64,000 nt of DNA from Candidatus Methanoperedenaceae archaeon (GCA_963753595.1 CAVWCX010000004.1:1-64000), one strand, 5' to 3'; numbered from the stretch's first letter, positions 36,063 through 47,138 are shown. Notes: a model not told the origin generated them from the letters alone. Program-made: numbers and translations.

Positions 36063-36440
36063 TTATTCACTTGAGCTTTTTTTTCTTAATTTCATCAATA
36101 TTTTATGCCACTCAAGCAAAAATAATACTAATCCAGTAAGTGCAACTAACTCAAGCAGTTCATAAGTTACAAAATCCGGCGCTTCTTCCTCAAGGCCTTC
36201 AAGAAATTCATGTATCAACATAAAAAAACCGGCAATGAAAATAAAAATTGTACTTCGGTTAAAACTTTGTTTTTGTGAGATTACTTCATTTGAATTCGGA
36301 TTCTCCTTATTTAAGAATTTCCAGTTCAACGCTATCTGGATACCCAAATAGATCACTATCATTGAAAGTATTGCTATAATACCTTCAATAATCTTATACA
36401 GAAAATAATCACTGATGAGATTGCCGAACCAATAATCCAT
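36063..36440 (-). CDS. 3-TM membrane protein, paralog of 20354-20734
   Basis: Shared motif pattern; FFMLIHEF. Confidence 0.72.
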   Translation of the reverse strand: MDYWFGNLISDYFLYKIIEGIIAILSMIVIYLGIQIALNWKFLNKENPNSNEVISQKQSFNRSTIFIFIAGFFMLIHEFLEGLEEEAPDFVTYELLELVALTGLVLFLLEWHKILMKLRKKSSSE

Positions 36441-36540
36441 GTTAAAGTAATGATTTTTGCCCTATAATAATTTTTCCATATTATTATTAGAATTTCATCA
36501 TAAACAGGTTAAAATAAAAAAGAAGTAAAGACCCTGGGTC

Positions 36541-39500
36541 CTACTTCTTGAAAAGATTACTGATTTTATCGCTCAATACTTCAAATTTCTGTTTCAACAA
36601 TTCAAGGCTCAACAAACCTTTTGAGGTAAGAACATATATGATCACAGCGCCGATCACGGTAGCTATTGCAGCGATCAAAAGGTAATTTATTGGTTTTTTC
36701 TGTACCACCAATAAATTGCTCTGTCCCATGATCTCAACTGTAACATTTGAGACTGCTGCTTCCTGCCTTGTAAAATTGATCTCCACTTTTTCCCCCGGCG
36801 TTAATGTGATCGTCCTATTATCGACAACAGTACCGTTAATTATAAGGTCAACAGGAAGTGTATCTGACTTCGTGCCCGAATTGGTGATATTGGATCTGAC
36901 CACGAAATTATCACCTGTAAAGACAGGATTGGGGGTGACATTGATATCAAGCGCCTTGAATTCCGAATATGGGGCTCTTATATCTATATCTCTTGAAACA
37001 GGAATATACGATGTCTTAGATGCTGTTATCGAATGAGTCCCGCTTGTTTCCAGCCTGTAGCTTACTTCACCATTGCTATCTGTTGTGCCGACGCTGGTAT
37101 TGTCAAACAGGACTGCAGCGCCGCTCATCGCTGTATTGTTCCATGAAACATTTATTTTTATGGTTTCATACTGGTTTGCCTTTGAAGGCATTTCAATACT
37201 CAGCCTGTAATCCACGTATTTTTCTATATCGATGTTCAATGTTGCTTTCTCATACCCTGTCTTTGTTGCTGTAATGGTATATGTGCCGGCTTTTAAGGTT
37301 TTCGGGATGGTATAATTGACCTCTCCATCTTTATTAGTCGTTCCCATGTCGGTATCTAATGTAAGGGATGAGTTATCAACAGCTTTTCCTCCTGCTGTTA
37401 CTTTGACTTTGAGTGTATCCCCGGCCATTACTTTTTTGGGTGCTCCTATCACAAGCTGGTTTACTATCATATCATCTGTTACATCAACAGCAAAGTGGAA
37501 TCTCAACGTACTGCTATTATCCGCAACTTTCATCCTGATATTTCCCATCAGGACTTCATTCTTATTGGAGTCAAGACCGATATCGCCACTGTTTTCCATC
37601 TCAATCTTATCTTTATTTACCGCTGTGACTTCCATCCTGCCATATTTGTCCCCGACCTTGACTGTTGTTGCATTCTCAGATAACTGGAATATCCCTTTTA
37701 TGAAGGCCGACTGAAATTCCTGGCCCGAGAACACATTGTCAAATCTAACCAGGATTAATGGAAGATCATCAACATTCCCTACTCTCTTTTTATAAACATA
37801 GGTCTCATCTTTTGAAAGCGGTGTGGAATCCACTTCTGTGCCATCTTTCAATAACCTCAGGAACATTGTTCTTGCATTGAGATCTATATCTGATGCCTGC
37901 AGAACATAACCCTCCTGCAGGGCTAATGTGCCACCAACTGCTATTGTGCGTTTGGTATCATCGTCTATAACTATTTTATGAAGCTCACCCTGCGCAATTG
38001 CGCTTATATCATCAAAACTGTTTGTCGGATCACTAATAGTATGACCTTTAAAACCGGCAAAGTATTTGTCAGCCATGAATCCAACGACCTGGTATTTTCC
38101 CCACGATTTATGAACGAAATTAACCTGATCCGGCGCAGTTGAGTAGATGAGTTTGTTTTCTGGAATTACTCTCCCATTTCGCTGGGTCATTGTGAGTTTT
38201 TCATTTCCCAAACCATCATCCAGATTGTAATAGAATCCTAAGCTTGTTTTTCCAACGTTCATTCCGAAATTGTAAGGTGTCCATTCGGTAATGGGGATTG
38301 CATCAGTTTCCCTGAAAACAGTACTTCTAACCTCAATACCTCCTTTTCTATCCACTGATAGTGCAAATCGAAGGACATCATTATCTGCCACAATAATTTT
38401 GAGGTCTCCCATAAGATCTATAATGCCTCCTTTGTTCAGGCCTATATCGTTACGGTTTTGCATCTCAATCCTATCTTTATTTACCGCTGTGACCTCCATG
38501 TTCCCGAATTGATTTCCGCTCTTTACCTGGGTAATGTCCTCGGATATCTGGAATATCCCTTTTATGAAGGCCGACTGAAATTCCTGGCCCGAGAACACAT
38601 TATCAAATCTGACCAGGATTAATGGAAGATCATCAGTATTCCCTACTCTCTTTTTATAGACATAAGTCTCATCTTTTGAAAGCGGTGTGGAATCCACTTC
38701 CGTGCCATCTTTCAATAATCTCAGGAACATTGTTCTTGCATTGAGGTCTATATCTGATGCCTGCAGAACATAACCCTCCTTCAGGGCAAAAGTGCCCCCT
38801 ACCGCTATAGTGCGCTTGGTATCATCATCAAAAATTACTTTATGAAGCTCACCCTGCGCAATTGCGCTTACATCATCAAAACTGTTTGTCGGATCACTAA
38901 TAGTATGACCTTTAAAACCGGCAAAGTATTTGTCAGCCATGAATCCAACGACCTGGTATTTCCCCCAATCTTTGTGGGCGAAACTGACATCATTTGGTGT
39001 AGTGGAATAACGGATGTTATTTTTACTGATAGTCCTGCCAATTGATCTTATCTGGATATTTTCGCTGCCGACATCATCTTTGGCATCATAAAAGAAACCT
39101 GAGAAGCTCTGGGGTGTCCAGCTATATGTTTTAGAGAAGTCATCAGGGTATCTTTCACCATCCCATATTCGATTGCCTGTATTGTAAGTTATAGGATGGA
39201 CCTTGATTGTCCATTTGCGAATATCGCTTCCATTATTATTACTGAGATTTGCAGTAATGTTATAACTTCCTGATGTATTTCTGCTAAAATAGTAAATTAC
39301 GGTTTCGGAAGCATTAACGGATTTAGAAGTAAGCGGATTAGTATTACTATTTTCATACCAATTCAGGGTTCCGCCCTGAAGGCTTCCAATTGTCACTGTG
39401 AGGTTTATTTGTTGACCGACTGCTATTTCCTGCGCAGGTGTTAATGGCGGGTCAATACTGGATATTTTCGGTGAAGGGTATTTGGTTGTGAAACTATCAA

Positions 39501-40765
39501 CTGTAGAATTACTGAAATAAGTCGGGTTGGTTCCATTATATGCGAAAATACTATAATAGTATGTTGTCGCCTGTTGTAGATTTGAAAGAAGAATAGTTCT
39601 TATCGTGTCAAGAGGAGTTGTTGAATTTGACAAAGTAGCATCTGTACCGTATATGATTTTGGTTTTTGCATCGGTTTGATTTACGGTAAAAGAAATGCTG
39701 ATACTATTTTCATTCGGAATGCCAACAGCTTTATTTGAAATATTAGGTGGAGAAGGATCCACGGTTACAAAATTATAAATAGAAGAATTACTTGCAATAC
39801 TGTTATTTAATGCATTATATGCAAAAATTTTATAAAAATAAGTTGTCCTTTGAGTTAAACCGGTGAGTTGTATCGTTCTTGAAGGACCTGATTCATTCTT
39901 ACAGGGCCCAGATATTAATGACCCATTATCAGTACCGTAATTGACACAGGTCTTTGCATCATTCTGGTCTACACGGAACGTTATATTGGCGCCAATATCC
40001 GTCGGTCTGGCATCTATTGAACTAATAATTGGCTGGGTAGGATTAGGTGTAGTGAATCTAAAAATATCTGAAATAATATACTAAACCACTATCTGTTCCA
40101 TTAGACAAATAAACACGATAATAATATGTTGTATTTTTGGAAAGACCTGAAAGAGATATTGTCCTTGTAAGGCCAGAATCGTTATTCCAGACAGATCCCG
40201 ATCCCAGACTAAAATCATTTCCATAGGAAACCCTGGTTTTTGCATCGGTTTGATTTATCGAAAATGTAATGTCGACGCCTGTCTCTTTTACAATAATGGC
40301 CGGAGGTACTGTAGTAAAGCCAGGAGCTGTTGGCGGGCGGTTTGTAACATTCCATAACCACGTATGGCTCACATTTGCAGTCCCATTAAATTCGACCGCA
40401 TTTACTGTAATGGTCGTAAGACCCGGAGTAGCAGTTCCAGTGAAGGAAGATACTGTATTATTTATTGTGGATATGCCACCAATGGACCATGTAAAATTTG
40501 ATATTTTATCCACGGTTATTGTGAAGGTTCTTGATTCTCCTGTAAAATTGGAAACACTGGTCCCGGAAGATGGTCCCGGTGGATTAGCCTGTACTTCCGT
40601 AAGTGCCCCTCCAACCATTGATAAGAGACCTGAAATCAATACCATTAGGATGATACCTTTTACTGATGCATTCATTACCATATTTTTTCCCCTCGAATCA
40701 TTTTCAATCATTTCTCCAGTTCCTTCCATGTCGCAAAAAGGCGCATGATAAGACCTTTGTGTCAT
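36541..40765 (-). CDS. Large S-layer-related surface protein (FN3-like repeats + two DUF1608 domains + CARDB-like domain + TM); apparent +1 frameshift at ~40081
   Basis: Signal peptide, three ITF.(I/V)(N/D)Q.DAKT...T.YYY repeats, WTPQSFSGFFYD/FYYNLDD DUF1608 starts, C-terminal TM; the frame upstream of 39762 is open to ~40080. Confidence 0.85.
37600..38969. repeat. Intragenic direct repeat (~500 bp, period 864 bp) of S-layer domains
   Basis: ~37600-38105 is nearly identical to ~38464-38969. Confidence 0.9.
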
Positions 40766-40869
40766 AAGAACTCATCATATATAAATAATTTCTCCGACAA
40801 AAGCCAACTAACAGCAGTTTAAAATGAATTTTTATTCATATATGATTTAAATAAAAATAAAATATTCAT

Positions 40870-41601
40870 TTAAAAAAAGCTTTTTAATACATTTAAGAAA
40901 GAATTTTTCTGTTCTATTTTTTCGCTATGGCGCCATTCAATGAGTTTTTCAAGGGTTTTCTTGGTAATGGGTAAGTATCCGGTGTAATAATTGTTGGGCT
41001 TCAAAAGTAGTTTGTTTTTAAGATCTTCCTGGATCTTTAAGAATATCAAATTCTCCCATACAAGATGAAGATCATGTTTATCCATCATCTCGATCTTCGA
41101 CTTTTCAATATGTTCATTACTGGACTTGATATAGTTATGATATATGGATTTCAATAATTCAGTGCTGCCATTATCCTTCAAAAAGAAACAAACTGTTGAA
41201 GGAGAATTTCGCAGGGCATAATCCATATAATCCTCGTCAGGAAGTGAAACGCCGTTGATCTCCCCGAATGATTTTTTCAGTTCCATTTTGTAAAATATCA
41301 GATTATTCTCATAATATTTCGTTACCATCAGTTTTGACAATTCTTTGTTGTCAAGGAGTTGCGCAATGGTATGGATCGTACCAAAATCTGTTTTGAATTT
41401 TAATATGCCTGGGGGAATTTTATTTTGGGGGCTTTCCCCAATACGCCCAAAATCCAGTAAACCCATTTCATTTAACAGTTCAACATTTTTGAAACTTAGT
41501 CTCTTGTTCTTTGTAATAATTGATAATTCAATACCATCATTTTTTGCGATAAGTAATATCAGTTTTATTAAGGTCTTTGAATTTCTTTTTCCCGGGGGCA
41601 T
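40870..41601 (-). CDS. Hypothetical protein
   Basis: 243-aa ORF, no recognised motif. Confidence 0.65.
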   Translation of the reverse strand: MPPGKRNSKTLIKLILLIAKNDGIELSIITKNKRLSFKNVELLNEMGLLDFGRIGESPQNKIPPGILKFKTDFGTIHTIAQLLDNKELSKLMVTKYYENNLIFYKMELKKSFGEINGVSLPDEDYMDYALRNSPSTVCFFLKDNGSTELLKSIYHNYIKSSNEHIEKSKIEMMDKHDLHLVWENLIFLKIQEDLKNKLLLKPNNYYTGYLPITKKTLEKLIEWRHSEKIEQKNSFLNVLKSFF

Positions 41602-41664
41602 TCATGATTACTATGATAATTATAGGATTTATATTTAATCCTTTAAAACATGTGACTTTTTAAT

Positions 41665-42255
41665 TCATTCCATGCTAAAATTTTCAAGTGCTGCCAAAAC
41701 GTCTTCAAAATTTGCCCCTTTCCTGATTATCTTTCGATTAACAAGGTCAACCACTGTTGAAGGCTCGCCTTTGCATTCCCCGCCGTCAATGATATAATCC
41801 GCGCTTACCCTGATCTCATCCACTCTCCGTGGCGGCGCTTCCCCTGAAAAGTTGGCACTCGTGGATGTTATCGGGACTCCTGCAAGCTGGATGAGCTTGA
41901 TGGTGGTTTCATGCGCCGGGAATCGTATCCCCACAAGTTCCGATCCTGAAGTGAGCATATCAGGGACTAACTCCTTTTTTTTAAGAACGAAAGTCACAGG
42001 TCCTGGCAGGAATTTATCAATAAAAAACCTTTCATTTTTCCCGATATACACAAGGTCTTCCATCATGCTAATATCAGAAACAGCAACAGAAACAGGCTTA
42101 TCCTTATCCCTTTTCTTGATGGCGAACACTTTTTCAAGTGCAATATTTGAGAAAATATTTGCTCCGATGCCATATACGGTTTCCGTGGGATAGATGACTA
42201 TACCATTATTTCTGATGATTTCTGATGCTTTCCTGATATCCGTACCTATGAGCAT
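41665..42255 (-). CDS. L-threonylcarbamoyladenylate synthase (Sua5/YrdC)
   Basis: YPTETVYGIG, KKR...KP, PGP, TSTSAN.SG, STVVD. Confidence 0.94.
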   Translation of the reverse strand: MLIGTDIRKASEIIRNNGIVIYPTETVYGIGANIFSNIALEKVFAIKKRDKDKPVSVAVSDISMMEDLVYIGKNERFFIDKFLPGPVTFVLKKKELVPDMLTSGSELVGIRFPAHETTIKLIQLAGVPITSTSANFSGEAPPRRVDEIRVSADYIIDGGECKGEPSTVVDLVNRKIIRKGANFEDVLAALENFSME

Positions 42256-42310
42256 GAGTGGCCCCTGAAATTTGAAATATCGTTACCGATCAGGAAATAT
42301 GTGTTTGAAA

Positions 42311-42602
42311 AAACCACAGAGAGCACAGAGGACACAGAGAAAACTGGTACGCTCTGTGCTCTCTGTGTTCTGGCATGAAAATTAACAACGAACTCGTACG
42401 AACCAAACGAACTCACGCCACAGGAGTTCGTTTCAGTTCGTTTTAGTTCGTTGTTATTGTCTAATATCAAACACCGCAAAGCACGCGAAGAAAAAGTATT
42501 CTCGGAATATTTATCAAGAAATCGGTGCTTTGGGGTTCCTGAAAAATAAGATAGCAATATTTTGAAAAAAATAACCGCGGATGAACGCAGATAAACGCAG
42601 AT
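42311..42602. repeat. Composite REP/MITE-like palindromic repeat with 9-10 bp periodic units
   Basis: (CACAGAG)x3 arm and inverse, (ACGAAC)x3 hairpin 42384-42456, ACCGCGGATGAACGCAGATAAACGCAGAT. Confidence 0.8.
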
Positions 42603-42610
42603 TTGTTGCA

Positions 42611-42847
42611 TCACGCCGGAACGATCGTCAAAGACGATACCGGGCAATTGCGGGTGCATATGCCGCAGGCGATACAGACATTCTGGTCGATCACTGCTGC
42701 ACCCATTGTCACTGCGATCGCAAGCTTTGCCTTATTTACATCAAAATCATCCGCTTTTGAAAGTTTCATATTCTGCGGGCAGACCGATACACATATTCCA
42801 CATCCGTTGCAAATATCCGATTGCATTAATTTCTTGTCCTTTGCCAT
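42611..42847 (-). CDS. 2x[4Fe-4S] ferredoxin
   Basis: CNGCGICVSVCP and CIACGICTRNCP. Confidence 0.92.
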   Translation of the reverse strand: MAKDKKLMQSDICNGCGICVSVCPQNMKLSKADDFDVNKAKLAIAVTMGAAVIDQNVCIACGICTRNCPVSSLTIVPA

Positions 42848-42885
42848 AGTATACGATACCTCTTAAGGTAATATGAATATTTCGA

Positions 42886-43983
42886 TTAATACTGGGGTTC
42901 TAATCCTTCAAGCCTGTTCTTTATTTCCTGGTTCAATCCCAGTGTCTGCTCCTTTCTCTCCCGTTCTTTATGGACCGCATCGATACCTATTTCAAATAAC
43001 CTGTCAAGCTCAGAAGAAGAGCTTATCGAAAGCAAGGTCAGGACTTTTGGCATATGTCCGTCCCGCAAGAGAATACCTTTGAATATCTGCCCTATTTCGC
43101 TTGATAACTTCTCTACTTCGCTTGTTATGTCATTGATATTCAGGTATTTTTGATCTCCTTCAATTATTATCATCGCGCGGTTTGATTCTTTATATGGATC
43201 AAGCTTAAAAAGAAGACCTGCCTGTGAAATACTATGCTGGATAACACCTTTTATAGGCATATTTTTATCGCCCACACCGAAACCCATTGTTGCAAGCTTT
43301 GTTCCGCCGGACATAACAGTCTTAAAATCCCCAAGGTCGGTCACCATCATCATTTCGCTGTCAAGTGCCTTTAACAGGAAGAGAAATCTTTTTGCGACAG
43401 TAGAATTTATTTCATCATAAGCGTTTTTTATATCCTTTCCGAGATGTTTCAAATACTGGTTATCTACAATTATTGTACCATCACAATTCCCATCCATTAT
43501 TTCTTTTACGCAAAAGATGGAATTTTGCAGGTATATTGAACCCTCTTCCCTGAATGGGAGGACAATTATCCCATACACATTATATTTATATCGTTCTTTC
43601 ATCGCATCTATTAAAAGGGGCGCAAAAGACGAACCAGTCCCGCCTGACGATGAAGCCATAACAAATGCTACATCAAAATCGCCGCGCTCCTCGATAACCC
43701 GAAGCAGCAGTTCTTTATTTTCCTCAAAAGTCTGTTTTCCAACATTCCTGTTAGCCCCGACCCCATGCAGATGCGGCACCTGTATCCTGTCTTTAGCTTT
43801 TGTATGCTTCAATTCTTTCAGGTCATTTATGGCCGTATTAATAGCGATAGTTTCAACATGGCTTTTGAATTTCTGTGTCCCATAATATTTTGCGAGGGAA
43901 CTTCCACCAAACGCTTCTTTGTTAATGGAATCAAGTATTCTGTTACCACATTGTCCAACTCCGATAATAAGTACATTCAGCAT
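42886..43983 (-). CDS. Tubulin/FtsZ superfamily GTPase (CetZ-like)
   Basis: IGVGQCGNRI, AINTA..D, GVGAN, SGGTGS, LPFREE, VDN, DLGDF. Confidence 0.85.
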   Translation of the reverse strand: MLNVLIIGVGQCGNRILDSINKEAFGGSSLAKYYGTQKFKSHVETIAINTAINDLKELKHTKAKDRIQVPHLHGVGANRNVGKQTFEENKELLLRVIEERGDFDVAFVMASSSGGTGSSFAPLLIDAMKERYKYNVYGIIVLPFREEGSIYLQNSIFCVKEIMDGNCDGTIIVDNQYLKHLGKDIKNAYDEINSTVAKRFLFLLKALDSEMMMVTDLGDFKTVMSGGTKLATMGFGVGDKNMPIKGVIQHSISQAGLLFKLDPYKESNRAMIIIEGDQKYLNINDITSEVEKLSSEIGQIFKGILLRDGHMPKVLTLLSISSSSELDRLFEIGIDAVHKERERKEQTLGLNQEIKNRLEGLEPQY

Positions 43984-43990
43984 ATTTCCT

Positions 43991-45169
43991 CTAGAACCTA
44001 TACTCCCTATGTCTTTTCATAATAAATAACACTACTCCAGCTATGATTATTATAGCGGGGATAAGGATATACAGGTAATTTTTTTCTCTTTCGGTCACAG
44101 TAATAGGATCGGAATTAGAAGAGGAACCTGTAGGATCATCAGAATAACTGGTTTTTAATTGAATAGAATAATTTCCACTTTCAACTGCTTCTAAAGTAGC
44201 AGAATATTCTTCGGATTCATCCGGCTCAATTTTTGTATATGCCTGTCTTAAATCCCCTTCAATTACTTCCATTCCTTTCGGAACAGTTCCTTTTACAAGT
44301 ATTGATTCAGCAGATACGTTGCCTTTATTTGTGATTTTCACTGTTACTTTGACCGGATCTCCAGTAAATATATTATCTTTATCAAGTGTAATATTGGTTA
44401 ATAAGTGAGACCTCTCTTTTTTCTCCTCAAGAACAGTCAAAGAAACAGAATTTGATCGTGCACTTTTTGAACCGTATTTTACAGTGGTGGGTTCAATGTT
44501 ATATGATCCCGATTCCACTGCCTTCAGGGCGAACAAAAGCTCAAGGCGTTCTTCAGGTTTAAGTTCATCTTGTATGGCGGGTGGGAATCTTGAACCTGGC
44601 GCGCTTGTAAATCCTGGCGGGAACCTGTCATCCAGAGTAAGATTGTAAGCTGTCCCATTACCTGTGTTTTCCAATATCAATTTAAATTCAACAACATCAC
44701 CTTTATTAAGTGTTGTTTTATCGACTGATTTCGTTAACACGATATTTGGTATTTTCTCAGCGACCACAGGTATTTCGATGTTATATTTTATGGGACTTCC
44801 CCAATTCTCAGGGTATTCCACTAAAACCCTTGCAACGGTTTGAGTAATAAAAGACGAATTAAGAGTGATCTTATTAAAAGGTTCAATATTAACAGATGGA
44901 TCTTCATTTTCACGTAAATAATACTGTTTTGTCAATCCACCTGTTATCAGGTTGACCTTAACGAAGGGCATATCGCCAGGTTTACTGATCTCGATGACCT
45001 CTATTTTATAATATCCTTTCATGAAATCTAATCCAGTGTTATTTTCAAGGAAAAATGACTCGTTTTTGAGAGCATTAACAGGCATTGAAAATATTAATAA
45101 GAATAATAATAGAAAAGAGAATTTATTCATCAAGTTATAACTTTTTTTCCGATTCGGGATCATCTGCAA
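43991..45169 (-). CDS. Surface protein with two DUF11/BatD-like Ig domains and C-terminal TM
   Basis: LTKSVDK...GD.VEF...ENTG..TA repeated twice, signal peptide, TM tail. Confidence 0.78.
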   Translation of the reverse strand: MQMIPNRKKSYNLMNKFSFLLLFLLIFSMPVNALKNESFFLENNTGLDFMKGYYKIEVIEISKPGDMPFVKVNLITGGLTKQYYLRENEDPSVNIEPFNKITLNSSFITQTVARVLVEYPENWGSPIKYNIEIPVVAEKIPNIVLTKSVDKTTLNKGDVVEFKLILENTGNGTAYNLTLDDRFPPGFTSAPGSRFPPAIQDELKPEERLELLFALKAVESGSYNIEPTTVKYGSKSARSNSVSLTVLEEKKERSHLLTNITLDKDNIFTGDPVKVTVKITNKGNVSAESILVKGTVPKGMEVIEGDLRQAYTKIEPDESEEYSATLEAVESGNYSIQLKTSYSDDPTGSSSNSDPITVTEREKNYLYILIPAIIIIAGVVLFIMKRHREYRF

Positions 45170-45235
45170 AGCAGTATATAATATCGATTATATTTAAACC
45201 TTATGAGCATAATTTTTATAATGACAAAATATATT

Positions 45236-47077
45236 TTACATCTCTATCCTTGAGATAACCCCGTGAAGCTTGTGAGGTGGAAGCTTATAAAATTGAACAA
45301 ACGCCGGAGTAAGCTTTTTAATTGTTGAATAGATTCTCCAGATAACATTGTCCGAAACAATGTCCTCAAGACCGTAGAAGATGGTCTTTTCCTCAATTGC
45401 GTTCTCCTTTAAAAGAGCTTCAACATCAACAACTTCCATATATCCCATATATATCTCAAATACTCTTAACCCGTCTGAAAGGTCGCTCTTTAACGAACCT
45501 GAAACCCCGAATGGATTCTCTGTTTTAATAAGGGAAACAATTATGTTATCCTCATAAATGATATTATTTTTAAACATTGTATTGACCATATAGGGAGGGA
45601 TCCTGGTGATCTCTCGTGCAAAGAAAAGGGCTGTGCCTTTTATTTTAGGCATATTTTTGTAACATTCATTATATATCTTAAGAAAATCGTCAAGCATCAT
45701 TGGTGAAAGCGCCTGTCCAAGTTTTTTCTGGCCTGATGTATATATCATAATTACACTGAATGGAATTAACGCAAGGATTATTGACCAGTACCCTCCGGAA
45801 GGTAGCTTATGGAGACTTGAAAGAAGGAATGCAATATCTACAATTGTAAGAAATATTGCGATCGTGAATTTTGACATCTTTTTCCTCAAATAGAAGATCC
45901 ATGACATCATTATGCCAGTAAGCACCATGTCGCCTGTGACTGCAAGACCATATGCTGCTGCGAGACTGTGCGATTCCTTGAAGATGACCATGACCATAAG
46001 CACCGAAAAAAGCAAAAACCAGTTAGCTGAATCAATATATATCTGTGACTGGAGTTTCCGTGACGTATAATCCACTTTGAGCATTGGCAAAATACGTGTC
46101 GTTATTCCCTGGTACACTATGGAGAACATACCGCTTATCATAGCCTGGGATGCGATCACTGTTGCAATAATGCTAAGCACAAGAAATGGTATATAAAGTA
46201 TCTGAGCCTGGTGAAAAATCATCTCAAAAAGTACGCTTTTTGTTTCTGGATGCCCGATCACATAGGCCCCCTGTCCCAGGTAATTCAATAAAAGGGCAAT
46301 AAATACAAATTTCCACGCCCTGACTATAGGAAGTCTTCCCAATTGTCCCATATCAGCGAACAGTGCTTCCCCACCTGTGGCGCAAAGTATGACCTGGGAT
46401 AACACGAAGAATCCTGCAATACCGTTTTCCAGTAAGAAAATGATAGCATAGTATGGATTTATTGCCTTGAGGACTGATGGGGCTTGTATTATTGAGACAA
46501 TACCCGAAACTGCCAGCGCAATAAACCACAAGAACATTAAAGGTCCGAACGCTCCCGCGACTTTTTCGGTTCCTTTTTTCTGGACTGCAAAAAGGATTAT
46601 CGCAATGAGTGCCGCGATAAAGACCAGCATTTGTTGCCCTGTTCCCTCAAGCCCCGGGATCAATTTCAATCCTTCAACAGCGCTGAGTATGCTAATTGCA
46701 GGTGTGATCACACCATCTCCAAAAAGAAGTGATATGCCGATGAAAGAAAGAAGAGAGACAAATCCGATTTGTCTTCCCGACTTCAACAGGGGAATAAGTA
46801 TTTCACGAAGAACTATGGTTCCTCCTTCGCCTTTTTGGCCAAGGCTCATCGCAAGCCATGAATATTCTATAGACACTACAATAATCAGTGTCCAGATGAT
46901 GAGTGAAAGGATACCCAGGACATGGTCTTCAGTAAGACTGGTCATTAATAAAATAACTGTCAAAGTATAGATAGGGCTTGTACCGATATCACCGAATACA
47001 AGACCCAGCGATTTTATAATTCCTTTGATAGTTTCCCTGTGAAGCATGTACTTATTCAATCCTATCGCTAAATCCAT
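45236..47077 (-). CDS. kup: KUP/HAK/KT potassium transporter
   Basis: GLVFGDIGTSPIY, GEGG, GDGVITPAIS, TGGEAL.ADMG. Confidence 0.95.
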   Translation of the reverse strand: MDLAIGLNKYMLHRETIKGIIKSLGLVFGDIGTSPIYTLTVILLMTSLTEDHVLGILSLIIWTLIIVVSIEYSWLAMSLGQKGEGGTIVLREILIPLLKSGRQIGFVSLLSFIGISLLFGDGVITPAISILSAVEGLKLIPGLEGTGQQMLVFIAALIAIILFAVQKKGTEKVAGAFGPLMFLWFIALAVSGIVSIIQAPSVLKAINPYYAIIFLLENGIAGFFVLSQVILCATGGEALFADMGQLGRLPIVRAWKFVFIALLLNYLGQGAYVIGHPETKSVLFEMIFHQAQILYIPFLVLSIIATVIASQAMISGMFSIVYQGITTRILPMLKVDYTSRKLQSQIYIDSANWFLLFSVLMVMVIFKESHSLAAAYGLAVTGDMVLTGIMMSWIFYLRKKMSKFTIAIFLTIVDIAFLLSSLHKLPSGGYWSIILALIPFSVIMIYTSGQKKLGQALSPMMLDDFLKIYNECYKNMPKIKGTALFFAREITRIPPYMVNTMFKNNIIYEDNIIVSLIKTENPFGVSGSLKSDLSDGLRVFEIYMGYMEVVDVEALLKENAIEEKTIFYGLEDIVSDNVIWRIYSTIKKLTPAFVQFYKLPPHKLHGVISRIEM

Positions 47078-47138
47078 CTCCCTGAGACTATCTCATTCCT
47101 TTTAATTGTTTCTAAACAAAAGTATATATATTTAGATT

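Noticed and set aside
42311-42602. Possible CRISPR array or the 137-aa ORF 42246-42659
   Set aside because: Units are 9-10 bp and palindromic with no unique spacers and no cas genes; the ORF is a translation of the repeat
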